Positions 63,964 through 64,000 of a stretch of DNA of 64,000 bases are shown one piece after another (the first letter of the stretch is position 1; the number at the start of each line of letters is the position of its first letter). A program made the position numbers and the translations under genes. Below the pieces are notes generated by a model. The model did no database searches. It was not told the origin of the DNA and saw nothing but the letters and a program-made list of their open reading frames with translations. This DNA comes from Phyllobates terribilis (Eukaryota), in assembly GCF_046119375.1 (NCBI RefSeq), contig NW_027362773.1:110608001-110672000 (forward strand), given 5' to 3'.

Positions 63964-64000
63964 CATATGGCAAGGTACTGTCCTTTAAACTGGCACAACC

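Larger units (their letters stand above)
61647..64000 (+). mobile_element. 5' part of a second Ty3/Gypsy LTR retrotransposon (runs off the window)
   Basis: The LTR starts TGTGGCACCCC and ends at about 62637, followed by a tRNA PBS and a gag ORF with a CCHC knuckle. Confidence 0.88.

Overview
This is a eukaryotic, vertebrate window, most likely from a frog (inferred from the Tc1, T2-MITE, DIRS and CR1 repertoire and the Xenopus-like cofilin). It is not prokaryotic and has no CRISPR array. Bases 1-23 kb are a TA-rich satellite array interrupted by six different Tc1/mariner insertions. One of these holds a full-length but decayed chromodomain Gypsy element (Tf1/sushi group), which in turn holds an antisense solo LTR. 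The satellite ends about 320 bp before a 4-exon ADF/cofilin gene (+ strand, 166 aa, probably cfl1). That gene faces a 4-exon ovol1-like zinc-finger gene (- strand, 255 aa) tail to tail, with a DIRS1 element and a piggyBac-like element between them. Upstream of ovol1 are GRHL/OVOL/CRE motifs, a sense-oriented solo LTR, a nested Tc1 pair, MITEs, a 37-bp minisatellite and the start of a second Gypsy element primed by tRNA-Ser. The most notable signals are: a tRNA-independent self-priming signature in the first Gypsy, a fold-back Tc1 built from two 3' ends, the satellite acting as a Tc1 sink next to a housekeeping promoter, a Cys-rich cofilin with an altered NLS, and a solo LTR positioned as a possible alternative ovol1 promoter. 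All coordinates were read by eye, and no database searches or alignments were run.
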